NCBI GenBank assembly: GCA_963703285.1 | Contig: OY969807.1 | Coordinates: forward strand, 416,001 to 480,000 | DNA: 64,000 nt | DNA from: an uncultured Nitrososphaerota archaeon | GTDB lineage: Archaea; Thermoproteota; Nitrososphaeria; Nitrososphaerales; Gagatemarchaeaceae | Reading direction: 5' to 3' | Shown: positions 10,201 through 20,217 of the stretch, one piece after another | Layout: the number at the start of each line of letters is the position of its first letter | Numbering within the stretch: position 1 is the first letter of the stretch | Made by a program: the position numbers and the translations under genes | Notes under the pieces: model-generated | Database searches by the model: none | What the model was told of the DNA's origin: nothing | Seen by the model: the letters and a program-made list of their open reading frames with translations, nothing else

Positions 10201-10257
10201 CCCGGCGTCTCGTCATCGGCTTAAAGGTTATCTTCGTTGCCTTTGGCCGTCGGGCCG

Positions 10258-11172
10258 ATGGTCGAGAAACCTCTCCGAGTCTCCTTCGCCGGGCTGAAGC
10301 TGGAGAACCCCCTGATGCTCGCGTCGGGGATAGCCGGGGTCACCGTGAAGACCCTCACGAGGGCCGTGGAGTCGGGCGCGGGGGCGGCGGTCTCCAAGTC
10401 GATCGGGCTCGAGCCGAGGGAGGGATACAGGAACCCGACGGTGGTAGCCACGGACAGCGGCCTCCTCAACGCGGTCGGTCTCTCCAACCCGGGCGCGCGC
10501 GTCTTCTCCGAGGAACTCTCAGAGGTCAAGGGGCGGCACCTTCCGATAATCGTCTCGATATTCGGCGGAGGACCGGTCGAGTTCGGCCGGGTCACGGAGA
10601 TACTCGACGGCAACGAGTTCTTGGCTTACGAGCTCAACCTCTCCTGCCCTCACGTCGAGGGCGTCGGCACGGAGATAGGCCACGACCCCGAGATAGTCGC
10701 CTCCGTCGTGAAGGCGGTACGGGCCAGGACGAAGAGGCCGGTCTTCGCAAAGCTCTCCGCCAACACGCACCGGATGGTGGAGGTCGCGAGGGCCGCCGTG
10801 GACTCGGGAGCAGACGGCCTGACTGCCATAAACACGATGCGGGCGATGGCCATCGAAGTGGAGACAAGGAGGCCGGTCCTAACCAACAAGTTCGGGGGCC
10901 TCTCTGGCGGCGCCATAAGGCCCATCGCCGTGGCACGCATCTTCGAGCTCCACGAGGCGCTGAAGGTCCCCATAATCGGCTGCGGAGGCGTCTCGAGCTG
11001 GGAGCACGCCGTCGAGATGATCCTCGCGGGCGCGAGTTCGGTCGAGATGGGCACCGCGCTCTACGAGGGCTATGGCGTCTTCGAGAAGGTGAACAGGGGC
11101 ATAGAACGGTACATGAAGAGGAAGAGGTACAGGAAGATCGAGGAGATGGTGGGGCTTGGACATAGGTTCTGA
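10258..11172 (+). CDS. pyrD: Dihydroorotate dehydrogenase family 1B, catalytic subunit
   Basis: NPLMLASG, ELNLSCPH, GGLSGGAIRP; ATG 10258. Confidence 0.94.
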   Translation: MVEKPLRVSFAGLKLENPLMLASGIAGVTVKTLTRAVESGAGAAVSKSIGLEPREGYRNPTVVATDSGLLNAVGLSNPGARVFSEELSEVKGRHLPIIVSIFGGGPVEFGRVTEILDGNEFLAYELNLSCPHVEGVGTEIGHDPEIVASVVKAVRARTKRPVFAKLSANTHRMVEVARAAVDSGADGLTAINTMRAMAIEVETRRPVLTNKFGGLSGGAIRPIAVARIFELHEALKVPIIGCGGVSSWEHAVEMILAGASSVEMGTALYEGYGVFEKVNRGIERYMKRKRYRKIEEMVGLGHRF

Positions 11173-11968
11173 GAGGATCCGCATCCGGCGGGTCCTGAGG
11201 AACGTCAGGGAGAACCGCAGCATCAACACGGTCTACTTCAGGGACGAGGCTTGCTCGGGGGCGAAGCCGGGACAGTTCGTGATGGTCTGGGAGCCGGGGT
11301 ACGACGAGTTCCCGATGAGCCTCTCGAACTACGACGAGCGCGGGCTCTGCTCCGTGACTGCAAAGCCCTGGGGGCCCGGCAGCAACGAACTCGTGAGGTC
11401 GAAGAGGGGCGACCTCATCGGGATCAGGGGTCCCTACGGCAGGCCGTTCACCGTCGACGCATGCAGCGCGCTCCTCGTGGGAGGGGGGACGGGGCTCGCG
11501 CCCCTGCTGCCTCTCGCAAGGGCGCTCCGGAAGGCCGGGGCGAGGGTGGCCGTCGTGGTCGGAGGAAGGTCGAAGCCGGACCTCCTCTTCGAGAAGCAGC
11601 TGCAGCGGCTGCTGAAGAAGAAGAACGTCTTTCCTACGACAGACGACGGGTCCTACGGGCACGCGGGGTTCGCGACCGACATGGCCGAGGGGCTTATCAC
11701 CGAGAGGAAGGTCTCAAGGATCTACTGCTGCGGCCCGGAGATAATGATGAGGAAGCTCTACGACATCTCCGCGCGGGCCGGCCTGGAGTTCGAGGCCAGC
11801 CTGGAGAGGAGCATGAAGTGCGGGATAGGGATTTGCGGGAGCTGCGCCGTGGGCGAGAAGCTGCTCTGCAGGGACGGGGCGGTCCTTGACCTCGAGGACC
11901 TGAAGCCCTCCCTCGACGAGTTCGGCCTGCTCCAGCGGGACCCGTCGGGTCGATACATCAAGGTCTGA
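11156..11968 (+). CDS. pyrK: Dihydroorotate dehydrogenase electron-transfer subunit
   Basis: PGQFVMVW, GGGTGLAP, MKCGIGICGSC 2Fe-2S motif. Confidence 0.93.
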   Translation: MDIGSERIRIRRVLRNVRENRSINTVYFRDEACSGAKPGQFVMVWEPGYDEFPMSLSNYDERGLCSVTAKPWGPGSNELVRSKRGDLIGIRGPYGRPFTVDACSALLVGGGTGLAPLLPLARALRKAGARVAVVVGGRSKPDLLFEKQLQRLLKKKNVFPTTDDGSYGHAGFATDMAEGLITERKVSRIYCCGPEIMMRKLYDISARAGLEFEASLERSMKCGIGICGSCAVGEKLLCRDGAVLDLEDLKPSLDEFGLLQRDPSGRYIKV

Positions 11969-12016
11969 CCCGCCCCGGAAAGGCTTTTACAATCTTCGCG
12001 ATACACCGCGACCACA

Positions 12017-12682
12017 TTGAGCTTCCCGTTCAAGAGGATCGTCGACCTGGCAGTCCCGATGACCAGCATGAACACGCCGGTCTACCCCGGCTACCCCCAG
12101 CCTCTCCGGACGACCTTCTCCACCCTCAGGGACGACGGATACCAGTCTTATGTCTGGACGTTCGGGGAACACGTCTCCACCCACGTGGACGCCCCGGTCC
12201 ACATGGTCGCCGGCGGCAAACCCGTCGAGAAGATGCCCCTCTCCCACTACGTCGGGCGCGGGGTTGTCCTGGACTTCTCCAAGAAGCCGAGTCGGTTCCA
12301 GATCAGGAAGGCTGACGTCGAGAAGGCGTTGGTAAGGAGCGGCCACGCAGGTGAGGTGGGGAAGGGATGGATAGTCCTCTTCCACCTGAACTACACGTCC
12401 AAGAACAAGACCCCGGAGTGGATGGAGCATCCGGACATAACGAGGGAGGCGGCCGAGTACCTCATAGGCCTCGGGGTGGAGGCCGTGGGCGTCGACGCCC
12501 CTGGGCCGGACCACCCTCCGTTCGAGGCGCACAAGTCATTCCTCCCGAAGGAGGTGGTGATTTTCGAGAACCTGAACAACCTCGACAAGCTCGTGGGGAA
12601 GGACTTTCTCTTCGTCGGGACACCGATTGCCCTTGCGGGCGGGACCGCCGGAATCTCCCGGCCGGTCGCCTTACTCTCCTAG
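12017..12682 (+). CDS. Cyclase / kynurenine formamidase-family metal hydrolase
   Basis: EHVSTHVDAPVH motif, IFENL. Confidence 0.88.
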   Translation: MSFPFKRIVDLAVPMTSMNTPVYPGYPQPLRTTFSTLRDDGYQSYVWTFGEHVSTHVDAPVHMVAGGKPVEKMPLSHYVGRGVVLDFSKKPSRFQIRKADVEKALVRSGHAGEVGKGWIVLFHLNYTSKNKTPEWMEHPDITREAAEYLIGLGVEAVGVDAPGPDHPPFEAHKSFLPKEVVIFENLNNLDKLVGKDFLFVGTPIALAGGTAGISRPVALLS

Positions 12683-12698
12683 ACCCGAGCGACCGCGG

Positions 12699-14331
12699 TT
12701 ACTCCGGCGGGATAGCCCTGAGCGCCAGGTCCAAGCTCATACCCTTGCTCTTGTGGTACTGGTCACTGACGAAGTAGATCAGGAAGCCGGCGACGATGAG
12801 CGAGACTACGAGGACCTCGCTGAACTCGTTGGCGACGCCTATTGCCGGGTTCGACAGTGCGAGGTACCCGACGTAGCCGAACCCAATCGCGGTCAGCGCG
12901 CCTATCAACGAGATGATCGGGAGGCCCCCGACCTTAGCAGCCATCCAACCACTGGCCGTCGAGAAGATGTCTCTCCTCATGTACGGGAATGCCATCAACG
13001 CGAGCCCCGGGACTGTGTACGATATCCCCCAGATGACGGTGCCCATGGTGAAGTACGTCGCATAGCCGAGCACCTCGAAGAGGTACGAGAGAACTACTCC
13101 GATCACCGCCGCGACCAAGACGGCAAGATACGGTGTGTGGAACCTCTCGCTCACGTTTGCGAACGTCGACGGGATCACCCTGTCGAACGACCAGGCGAAG
13201 AGATACTTCGTGACGATCCAGAAGTATGCGAATACGGGGCCAAGGGAACCGATGATGTACACGATGAACATGGCCGTGATGAGCGCGTTGTTAGGGTAGG
13301 CAGACACCGCAAGAAATAGGGGCTGAGTGGGCTGGAAGGGGAGCGGGAAGCTCGCCGTACTCGGGACCGATCCTCCATGAATCCAGCCATAGCCGACCTG
13401 AGTGATCCAGTTGAACCCTAGCGTGTTCACCGTAAGTTGGGACGTGACCGACCAGTAGATTATGCCGAACACGAGGGACAGGAAGAGGGCTATCGGGAGC
13501 GCCCTGCGGATGTTCTTGATTTCACCGGCGAACGCGTTGGAGTAGTTGCCGCCGAAGAGGAAGAGGAATGCAAAGGGCAGCGCGAGGAGAATCCCGGAGA
13601 ATCCCAGTTTGAAGCCGGGGAACGTCGCCGTCGACACGGCGGTGCTCTGCAGCGCCGAGTAGGAATACGAGGGACTGAGGGTGGTCATCGAGCGCGTCCC
13701 AGTTGTGTATGAACGTCGCGTTGCTCGTGGTCCCGAGTATGTACCACATCATGATCATACCTGCGATGGCGAAAATCCATGTCACGTAGAGGAATCCCTT
13801 GATGAACTTGGAGCCCAGGATTGCGAATACCGCCACCATGATGGTGAACAGCACCGACAGCTCGAAGGTCCCCGTGGCCCCTCCGAGGAAGGTTCCAAGG
13901 TTGGTCAACGAGGCAGAATTTGAGATGAGCCCGTAGGTCGAGAAGACGGACGAAAACGCGAACGAGAGAGGCCCCACGCCCGCCCCGATGTAGGCGGTCA
14001 GGAATACGACCATGACGTAGACCAACGACCACGTGAACCCGATCGACGGGTGGAAGACACGCCCGATCCACACGTAGTCGTTGCCGGTCCTGGGCATCAG
14101 TATGCCGATTATCGAGTATGTCAACATCAGCACGACGAACGGGATCGCGGCGACCAGCAGCGATTCGGTCAGGTTCGCGCCTAGCGTGTTCCCGTAGAAC
14201 CACGGGAACTGCGTTATGGTGAAGACCAGAGCGAAGACGAAGACGGAGGCCAGAAGGAGGGTATCTATTGCACCGAACTCCCTTACGAGTCCGGTTGCAT
14301 CTCGCGCAAACACCTTTGTGGGATTCTGCAA
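12699..14331 (-). CDS. APC-family amino acid/amine permease with a +1 frameshift near 13689 (error or pseudogene)
   Basis: Two consecutive ORFs (FARDATGLVRE..MPRTGNDYVW; FAGEIK..FAWSFDRVIP) that together match the intact paralog at 27826-29421. Confidence 0.82.
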
Positions 14332-14378
14332 ATTACCGTTATCTGGTCGACCCCGGGCTATATAACTTGTTTGCCGTA

Positions 14379-14384
14379 TTTAAA
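14379..14384 (+). promoter_or_regulatory. TATA box TTTAAA, back-to-back with TATATAA (14359-14365) of the divergent permease
   Basis: AT-rich boxes in a GC-rich background between divergent genes. Confidence 0.5.
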
Positions 14385-14578
14385 GCGGGAAGAGTTAGGA
14401 GACTTCTGCCTAACCTTTCGGTCAGGGGTCCAGAGTCAGCAAGACTGGGCTGATGTAAGCTAGACGATCGAACCGCTCGTCAGCGCGCACCACGCTGGGC
14501 CCGATGCTCAAGGAGTCCACTCGGGCAGAAGGCAAAGGTTCACATTGTGCTCGCAAGGGATACTCGGGCACTCGCAGC

Positions 14579-16194
14579 ATGTCCTACAGACACGCTCTTT
14601 CTCGATTGGGCAAGAGTGGAGCCGTCGCCTCCGCCGACCCGCTTGCGACCGCCGCCGGGCTGAGGGTTCTGAAGAGGGGAGGGAACGCGGTCGATGCGGC
14701 CGTCGCGACCAGCCTGGCCCTCGGGGTGGTCGCCCCCGCTCTGTCCGGAATCGGCGGCGGAGGGTTCTTCCTGGTCCGCCCCAGCGGCGGCGAGACGCTC
14801 TACATCGACTACCGGGAGGTCGCTCCCAGGGCCTCGAGGCCCGACATGTTCCCCCTCGACGGGGACGGTTCCCCGCTCGGAGCCGCCAACAGCGTGGGTC
14901 ACCTCGCGGTAGGAGTCCCGGGGACGGTCGCCGGGCTGACCTTCGCCCTGGAGAGGTACGGACGCATGAAGTTCAGGGACGTCGCCTCGCCCGCGATCGA
15001 GTACGCGAGGAGGGGGTTCCCAGTCAGCCGCTTCCTCGCCCACATCATGTCGAAGGACGTGAACGGCGCGAGCGCGAAGCTGAGGAGGTTCCCGGAGAGC
15101 CGAAGGGCCTGGCTCAGGGGCGGCAGGACCTACCGCTCCGGCGCCGTCAAGCGGTCGGCGGACCTCGCCGAAACACTCGAGCTCGTGGCGACCGAGGGTC
15201 GGGACGCCTTCTACCGCGGCGTCCTTGCGCGGGCGATAGCCAAGGAGATGACCCAGAACGGAGGCAGGCTGGACGAAGCAGACCTGGGGGTCTACGACGT
15301 GAAGGTGAGGAAGCCCGTGACCGGCACCTACAGGGGCCTCGAGGTCCACTCGATGCCTCCCCCGTCCCTCGGCGGAGTCACCATCGTACAGCTCCTGAAC
15401 ATCTTCGAGCGGATGGACCTTCGGGAGAGCGGGCTCAACACTGCGGCGACCATAGCCAGCATGGCGAGGGCGATTTCGTCCGTCTGGCCGCCGCTGAGGT
15501 CGCAGATCGGAGACCCGGACTTCGTGGCCTCCGACCTCTTGAGGTTGAGCTCGAAGGACTACGCGGCCAGGCTGATGTCGGGCCGGGCAGAGCGACGCGC
15601 GCCCCCGCAGCGGGGCCGGGGAGCCAGACCACGCACCTGAGCGTGATGGACGGCGAGAGGAACGTCGCGGCCATTACCGAGTCGATCGAGTGCTACTTCG
15701 GGTCGGGTGTCACCGTCCCGGGCACAGGGGTCATCTTGAACGACACGATGCACGACTTCGATCCCAGTCCCGGCCTCCCGAACTCGATCGCGCCAGGCAA
15801 GAGGCCGCTCAGCAACATGTCACCGACCCTGCTCCTGAGAGACGGAGAGCCCTTCCTGGTGGCGGGCTCCGCAGGCAGTTCCAGGATAGTCACCTCGACA
15901 CTCCAGACGATACTCAACGTCGTCGACCACTCGCTGGACGTCGGTCCCGCGGTGGACGCGCCCCGGTTCCACTATGAGGGGTCGGGTCCGATACTGATGG
16001 AGAGCAGGATAGGGGAGGTCGTGAGGGAAGGGCTCCGCGAGGCAGGGTACGAGTGCGAGACGCCGGACTACGTCCAGCTGAGGCGCGGGTACGACGTCTA
16101 CTTCGGCGGTGTCCACGCGGTCATGGTCGGGCGCAGGGGAGAGCTCAGGGGCGCGGCGGATCCCCGAAGGTGGGGGTCTGCGGCGGCTTACTGA
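14579..16194 (+). CDS. ggt: Gamma-glutamyltransferase with a frameshift around 15580-15620
   Basis: GGNAVDAA, SGIGGGGF, IDYRE in one frame; catalytic TTHLS, LND, PGKRPLSNMSP, DPRR in the next frame. Confidence 0.88.
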
Positions 16195-16230
16195 GAACCG
16201 TTAATTATTCTGACAGGGAGGAAGCGGAGC

Positions 16231-17571
16231 GTGAAGCGGAGCAGGGCGAAGGAGCTCTTCAGGAGGCTGAACGGGACCGTCGCGGCTTCCAGCAGGCTGG
16301 CCTACTACCCTCTGGTCGTGAAGGAAGCGCACGGCTCGACGGTGACCGACGTCGACGGGAGGCGCTACATCGATTTCAACGCGGGGTGGACGGTCGCCGG
16401 GGTCGGATTTTCCAACCGGGAGGTGATCGAGGCGGTCGAGGAGGAGCTCTCAAGGTCGGCGGGGCTGGCGGGAGGGACCTTCCCGAGCGAGGTCACCATA
16501 GAGTTCGCCGAGAAGCTCGTCTCCCTCGCACCGGGGCGCTTCGACAAGCGTGTCTGGTTTGGCCACTCCGGGGGTGACGCCTGCGCCGCGGCCTACAAGC
16601 TCTTTCCCATCTCCACCCAGCGGGAGAGGTCGGTCACCTTCTATGGCGGGATGCACGGAGTGGACCTTGCGGGCCTCGCTATGGGGGGCATCCTCCCGAC
16701 CTCGCGCTACCGCGTCCCGAGCCTCGTCTCAAAGGTCCCGTACGCTTACTGCTACAGGTGTCCCTACGGCCTCGAATACCCTGGCTGCGGTGTCTACTGC
16801 TCCAGCGGCTTCATCGAGGAGCAGCTCTTCAAGAACGTCTGCCCGCCCGAGGACACGGCCTTCATGCTCGTCGAGCCGATGCAGAGCGATTCTGGAGACG
16901 TGATACCGCCCAAGGAGTTCCTCCCGAACCTTCGAAAGACCGCCGACCGGTTCGGGATAGCCCTCGTGGCGGACGAGGTTAAGGTGGGTTTCGGGCGGAC
17001 GGGCGAGATGTTCGGGGTGGACCACACGGGCGTCGTCCCTGACGCGATGGCCCTGGGCAAGTCTGTGGCCTCGGGGTTGCCTGTGGGAGCACTCGTGGCG
17101 AGAGAGGCTCTCTTCCCCCGGGCCTACGCCTACTCGACTCTGGTGGGTAACGCCGTGGGCGCCGCCGCCGGGCTGGCGACCATAAGGATAATCGAGAGGG
17201 ACAGGCTTCCCGAGAGGGCGGCGAAGCTCGGCCGCAGGCTCAAGAAGAGGCTGGAGGAAGCCATGGGGAGCCACCCCCTCATCGGAGATGTGAGGGGGCA
17301 GGGGTTGCTCGTGGGGGTGGAGCTCGTGAAGGACAGGAGGACGAAGGAACCAGCACGGGCCGAGACGGCGAAGGCCGTCTACCGCGCCTGGGAGCTCGGG
17401 CTTCTCTCGGTTTTCGTCGGAGCGGACGGCAACGTCATAGAGCTCACGCCCCCTCTCGTCGTGGGAGAGGACGAACTCGAGAAAGGCACTGAGATCCTCC
17501 TTAGGGCGATCGGCGACGTAGAGAAGGGGAGGGTCCCGGACTCTGTGACCCGGGGATACACCGGGATGTAG
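16231..17571 (+). CDS. Class III PLP aminotransferase (GabT/putrescine-type)
   Basis: DVDGRRYIDF, EPMQSDSG, DEVKVGFGRTG, ALGKS. Confidence 0.92.
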   Translation: MKRSRAKELFRRLNGTVAASSRLAYYPLVVKEAHGSTVTDVDGRRYIDFNAGWTVAGVGFSNREVIEAVEEELSRSAGLAGGTFPSEVTIEFAEKLVSLAPGRFDKRVWFGHSGGDACAAAYKLFPISTQRERSVTFYGGMHGVDLAGLAMGGILPTSRYRVPSLVSKVPYAYCYRCPYGLEYPGCGVYCSSGFIEEQLFKNVCPPEDTAFMLVEPMQSDSGDVIPPKEFLPNLRKTADRFGIALVADEVKVGFGRTGEMFGVDHTGVVPDAMALGKSVASGLPVGALVAREALFPRAYAYSTLVGNAVGAAAGLATIRIIERDRLPERAAKLGRRLKKRLEEAMGSHPLIGDVRGQGLLVGVELVKDRRTKEPARAETAKAVYRAWELGLLSVFVGADGNVIELTPPLVVGEDELEKGTEILLRAIGDVEKGRVPDSVTRGYTGM

Positions 17572-17575
17572 CGCG

Positions 17576-18745
17576 CTACCAGGGCTTGTAGACCCGCCTT
17601 GCGTTCTCGGCGAGTATCATCTTTGCAGCCGCGTGCGCCTCCTCCTCGTCGTAGACCCCGGTCGCCACGAAGGCGGAGAGCGACTCCTCGAGAACCCTTC
17701 TCCCTATCTTCGCACCGGCCCAGTGGATCTCTGGTATGACCACACCGTCGGAGCCGTAGACTACCCTGGCGGGCGGCGCCATGTCGAGTATCTGCGTCGT
17801 CTTCTCGATCTCTCCGGGCACGCTGGCGAAGGGTATCATTTCAGAGAGGTCGACGTAGACGTTCTTGAGGGCGTTCGCGTAGAACGCCGCCTCCTGCGAG
17901 AACGGGTACCCACCGTGGATGAGGAAGATCTTCGTCTTGCGGCTTACGGGGTCCTTGAGGAACTCGTAGAGCTGCGTCGGATTGGTCTTGTCGAAGACGA
18001 CGTCGATGTCCCCCATGCCGGAGTGGATGTGGAATGTCGCACCCAGCTCGGGGCACATGGATGCGACGCGCCTGACGTACCAGTCCCTGATGTGCTTGAC
18101 GTCCCTCGCCCTCGTCGCCTTGGACCTCTCGTAGTCGGCCTTCACCTCTTCGTCCGTCGGTTCCTCGATGTGGAGGCCTGTTCTGTAGGCGATGACCGAC
18201 TTGAACGCGATGGCATGCTGCTTCGTGACGGCGTCCTTCAGGGACTGGTCGAACCTCGCCACGAAGTCGTCGAAGCTGCTGGACTCGTCCACCGCCGCCT
18301 GGAATCTCGGCTCGATGCGTGCCACCCTCCTCATGGGCACCGGCATGAGGTCCTCGAACTCCGTCAGGTCGATCCTCGCGAGGCCGCTCCCCACGGTGAC
18401 CTCGGAGTACCCGTCGTCCACGAAGAGGCCCTCAATCCCGGCGTCGTAGAATAGCTCGCCGCAGTACGCCCAGTAGTCCTTCGCAGCCCTCTTGTTCCTC
18501 GCCTCGATCACCTCGGAGAGGGTGGGCTTGCATCCCAGGAATCCCGCTAGGAGGTGCGTTATCTGCCTCCCCATCGGGGTGAACTCCGAGTGCAGGAGGT
18601 TCTCCGGGTCCGCCGCCTCCTGCGCCGAGAGCCCGCCCATGTTCATAAGGCTGAGATAGAGCTCCTTCGATATCGCACGCGTGGACTCCGACCACGGGTG
18701 GCTGTGGTGGTCTATGGCAGGGTATGCTGAGAAGTCCAGCTTCAA
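17576..18745 (-). CDS. Amidohydrolase family 2 (similar to the FluG/NodGS N-terminal domain)
   Basis: IDHHSH, FKSVIAYRTGL, HIHSGMGD, LIHGGYP, YGSDG. Confidence 0.85.
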   Translation of the reverse strand: MKLDFSAYPAIDHHSHPWSESTRAISKELYLSLMNMGGLSAQEAADPENLLHSEFTPMGRQITHLLAGFLGCKPTLSEVIEARNKRAAKDYWAYCGELFYDAGIEGLFVDDGYSEVTVGSGLARIDLTEFEDLMPVPMRRVARIEPRFQAAVDESSSFDDFVARFDQSLKDAVTKQHAIAFKSVIAYRTGLHIEEPTDEEVKADYERSKATRARDVKHIRDWYVRRVASMCPELGATFHIHSGMGDIDVVFDKTNPTQLYEFLKDPVSRKTKIFLIHGGYPFSQEAAFYANALKNVYVDLSEMIPFASVPGEIEKTTQILDMAPPARVVYGSDGVVIPEIHWAGAKIGRRVLEESLSAFVATGVYDEEEAHAAAKMILAENARRVYKPW

Positions 18746-18788
18746 GGGCTCCAGCGGTGGGGCCGCGGTCTATTATGCCTTCGGGGGC

Positions 18789-20129
18789 CTAGAATAGGTC
18801 GAGCTGGTTGTCCACTTCGTACTGTGTTACCTTGTCCGCCATCTGAGCGACCTCCTGCTCCTTGTTCCTGATGTACTCCGTGAAAAGCGGCTCGCCCATG
18901 GACTTCCTGAGGACCTCGTCCTTCTCGAGCGCCGCAAGAGCCTCGCTCAGTGAGCGCGGCATCAGTCTGAAACCCGCCTCCCTGATCTCCCTGTCGCTCA
19001 TGAAGGAGAGGTCGACGGTCAGGGGATCCCCGGGGTCCAGCCTCCTCTCGATGCCGTCAAGCCCCGCAGCGAGTATCGCGCCGAGCGCGAGGTAGGGGTT
19101 CATCGTCCCGTCGGGGAACCTGCACTCCAGCCTCGCCGCCTTCCCCCTCTCGTCGGGTATCCTGACCGCCGCCCCCCTAGCCCCGGCGCCGTAGACGGCG
19201 GCGTCGGCGTTCCACTTCCCGGGGAGCATCCGCCTGTACGAGTTCGGCATCGGGGCCGCGACGGCCGAGAGGCCGGGGAGGTGCTCGATGATCCCGCCTA
19301 TGAAGTGGTACGCCGTTGGGCTAAGCCCCATCTTCTTGTCCCCGGGTCTGTCGAAGAGGTTCCTCCCCGAGGAGCTCTGGAGGCTCATGTGAAGGTGCAT
19401 CCCGCTCCCCCACCAGTCGTGACCTATCTTGGGCATGAACGAGGCGATGAAGCCGTGCCTGCGCGCGACGGCCTTCGTCGCATCTTTGAAGTAGACGATG
19501 TCGTCGGCGGGCTTGATCCCCTCGCTGTGCTCTATGTCGAACTCCAGCTGACCTCGGCCTCCCTCGACATGGCCCTTGATGACCTGGACGTTCACCGAGC
19601 GGAGCGCCGCCACGAGATCTGTGATCAGCTCGTGGTGGACGTTGAAACCCTCCTGGCTGTGCGTGTAGAAGTTGTCGACGCGTAAGACCCGTCCCTCCTC
19701 CCTCCTCACCAGGTGAAACTCGCCCTCGAACCCGACGAAGAACCGGTACCCCCGGGCGGCCGCGCGCCCGAGGACGCGCCTGTAGTACGACCGCGCGCAC
19801 AGCTCGGAGACCCGTCCGTCCTTCTCGTGGACATCGCCGAGGAACCGCCCTATCCCGCTCAGGTAGCTGGGGATTGCGAACGTTTCTGGGTCCGCCACCA
19901 CCGCAAGGTCGCCCTGAGAGATGTTCATCGACGCTCCCCGCACCGGGTTGTCGTTGTGGCTGAACGCGAAGTTCCCCCGGGAGGTCTTTATCCCCTCGTC
20001 GAGGATCCTGTCGAGTTCCCCGATCGTCGCGGGTTTCATCCGCGCGATGCCCGTGAAGTCGACATAACCGACCCCCAACATGCTGAGCCCGTTCTCCTTG
20101 ATCGCCCGCCTGATCTCCGAGCGCTGCAA
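18789..20129 (-). CDS. Glutamine synthetase-like gamma-glutamyl ligase (PuuA-like)
   Basis: GFEGEF, EGGRGQLE, SFMPK, GSGMHLHMS, NSYRR, LECRFPD. Confidence 0.88.
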   Translation of the reverse strand: MQRSEIRRAIKENGLSMLGVGYVDFTGIARMKPATIGELDRILDEGIKTSRGNFAFSHNDNPVRGASMNISQGDLAVVADPETFAIPSYLSGIGRFLGDVHEKDGRVSELCARSYYRRVLGRAAARGYRFFVGFEGEFHLVRREEGRVLRVDNFYTHSQEGFNVHHELITDLVAALRSVNVQVIKGHVEGGRGQLEFDIEHSEGIKPADDIVYFKDATKAVARRHGFIASFMPKIGHDWWGSGMHLHMSLQSSSGRNLFDRPGDKKMGLSPTAYHFIGGIIEHLPGLSAVAAPMPNSYRRMLPGKWNADAAVYGAGARGAAVRIPDERGKAARLECRFPDGTMNPYLALGAILAAGLDGIERRLDPGDPLTVDLSFMSDREIREAGFRLMPRSLSEALAALEKDEVLRKSMGEPLFTEYIRNKEQEVAQMADKVTQYEVDNQLDLF

Positions 20130-20217
20130 AACGCCACGAGGCGCTGTCGTTCCGCTTTAAAAAGGGGCTTTGCGCCCTCTCCGCAGGACGCGACCTCCCT
20201 CCAGGCGGCCTGGCGCC

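Noticed and set aside
13670-13705. Permease frameshift as another BHB intron (GGGAC/GTCCC inverted repeat nearby)
   Set aside because: No 4-bp central helix with two 3-nt bulges can be drawn; a single extra base explains it (error or recent pseudogene)
15580-15640. GGT break just before the autocatalytic Thr as a naturally split large/small subunit
   Set aside because: There is no start codon placing Thr at the N-terminus, and the region is rich in G/C runs; a single-base indel is simpler
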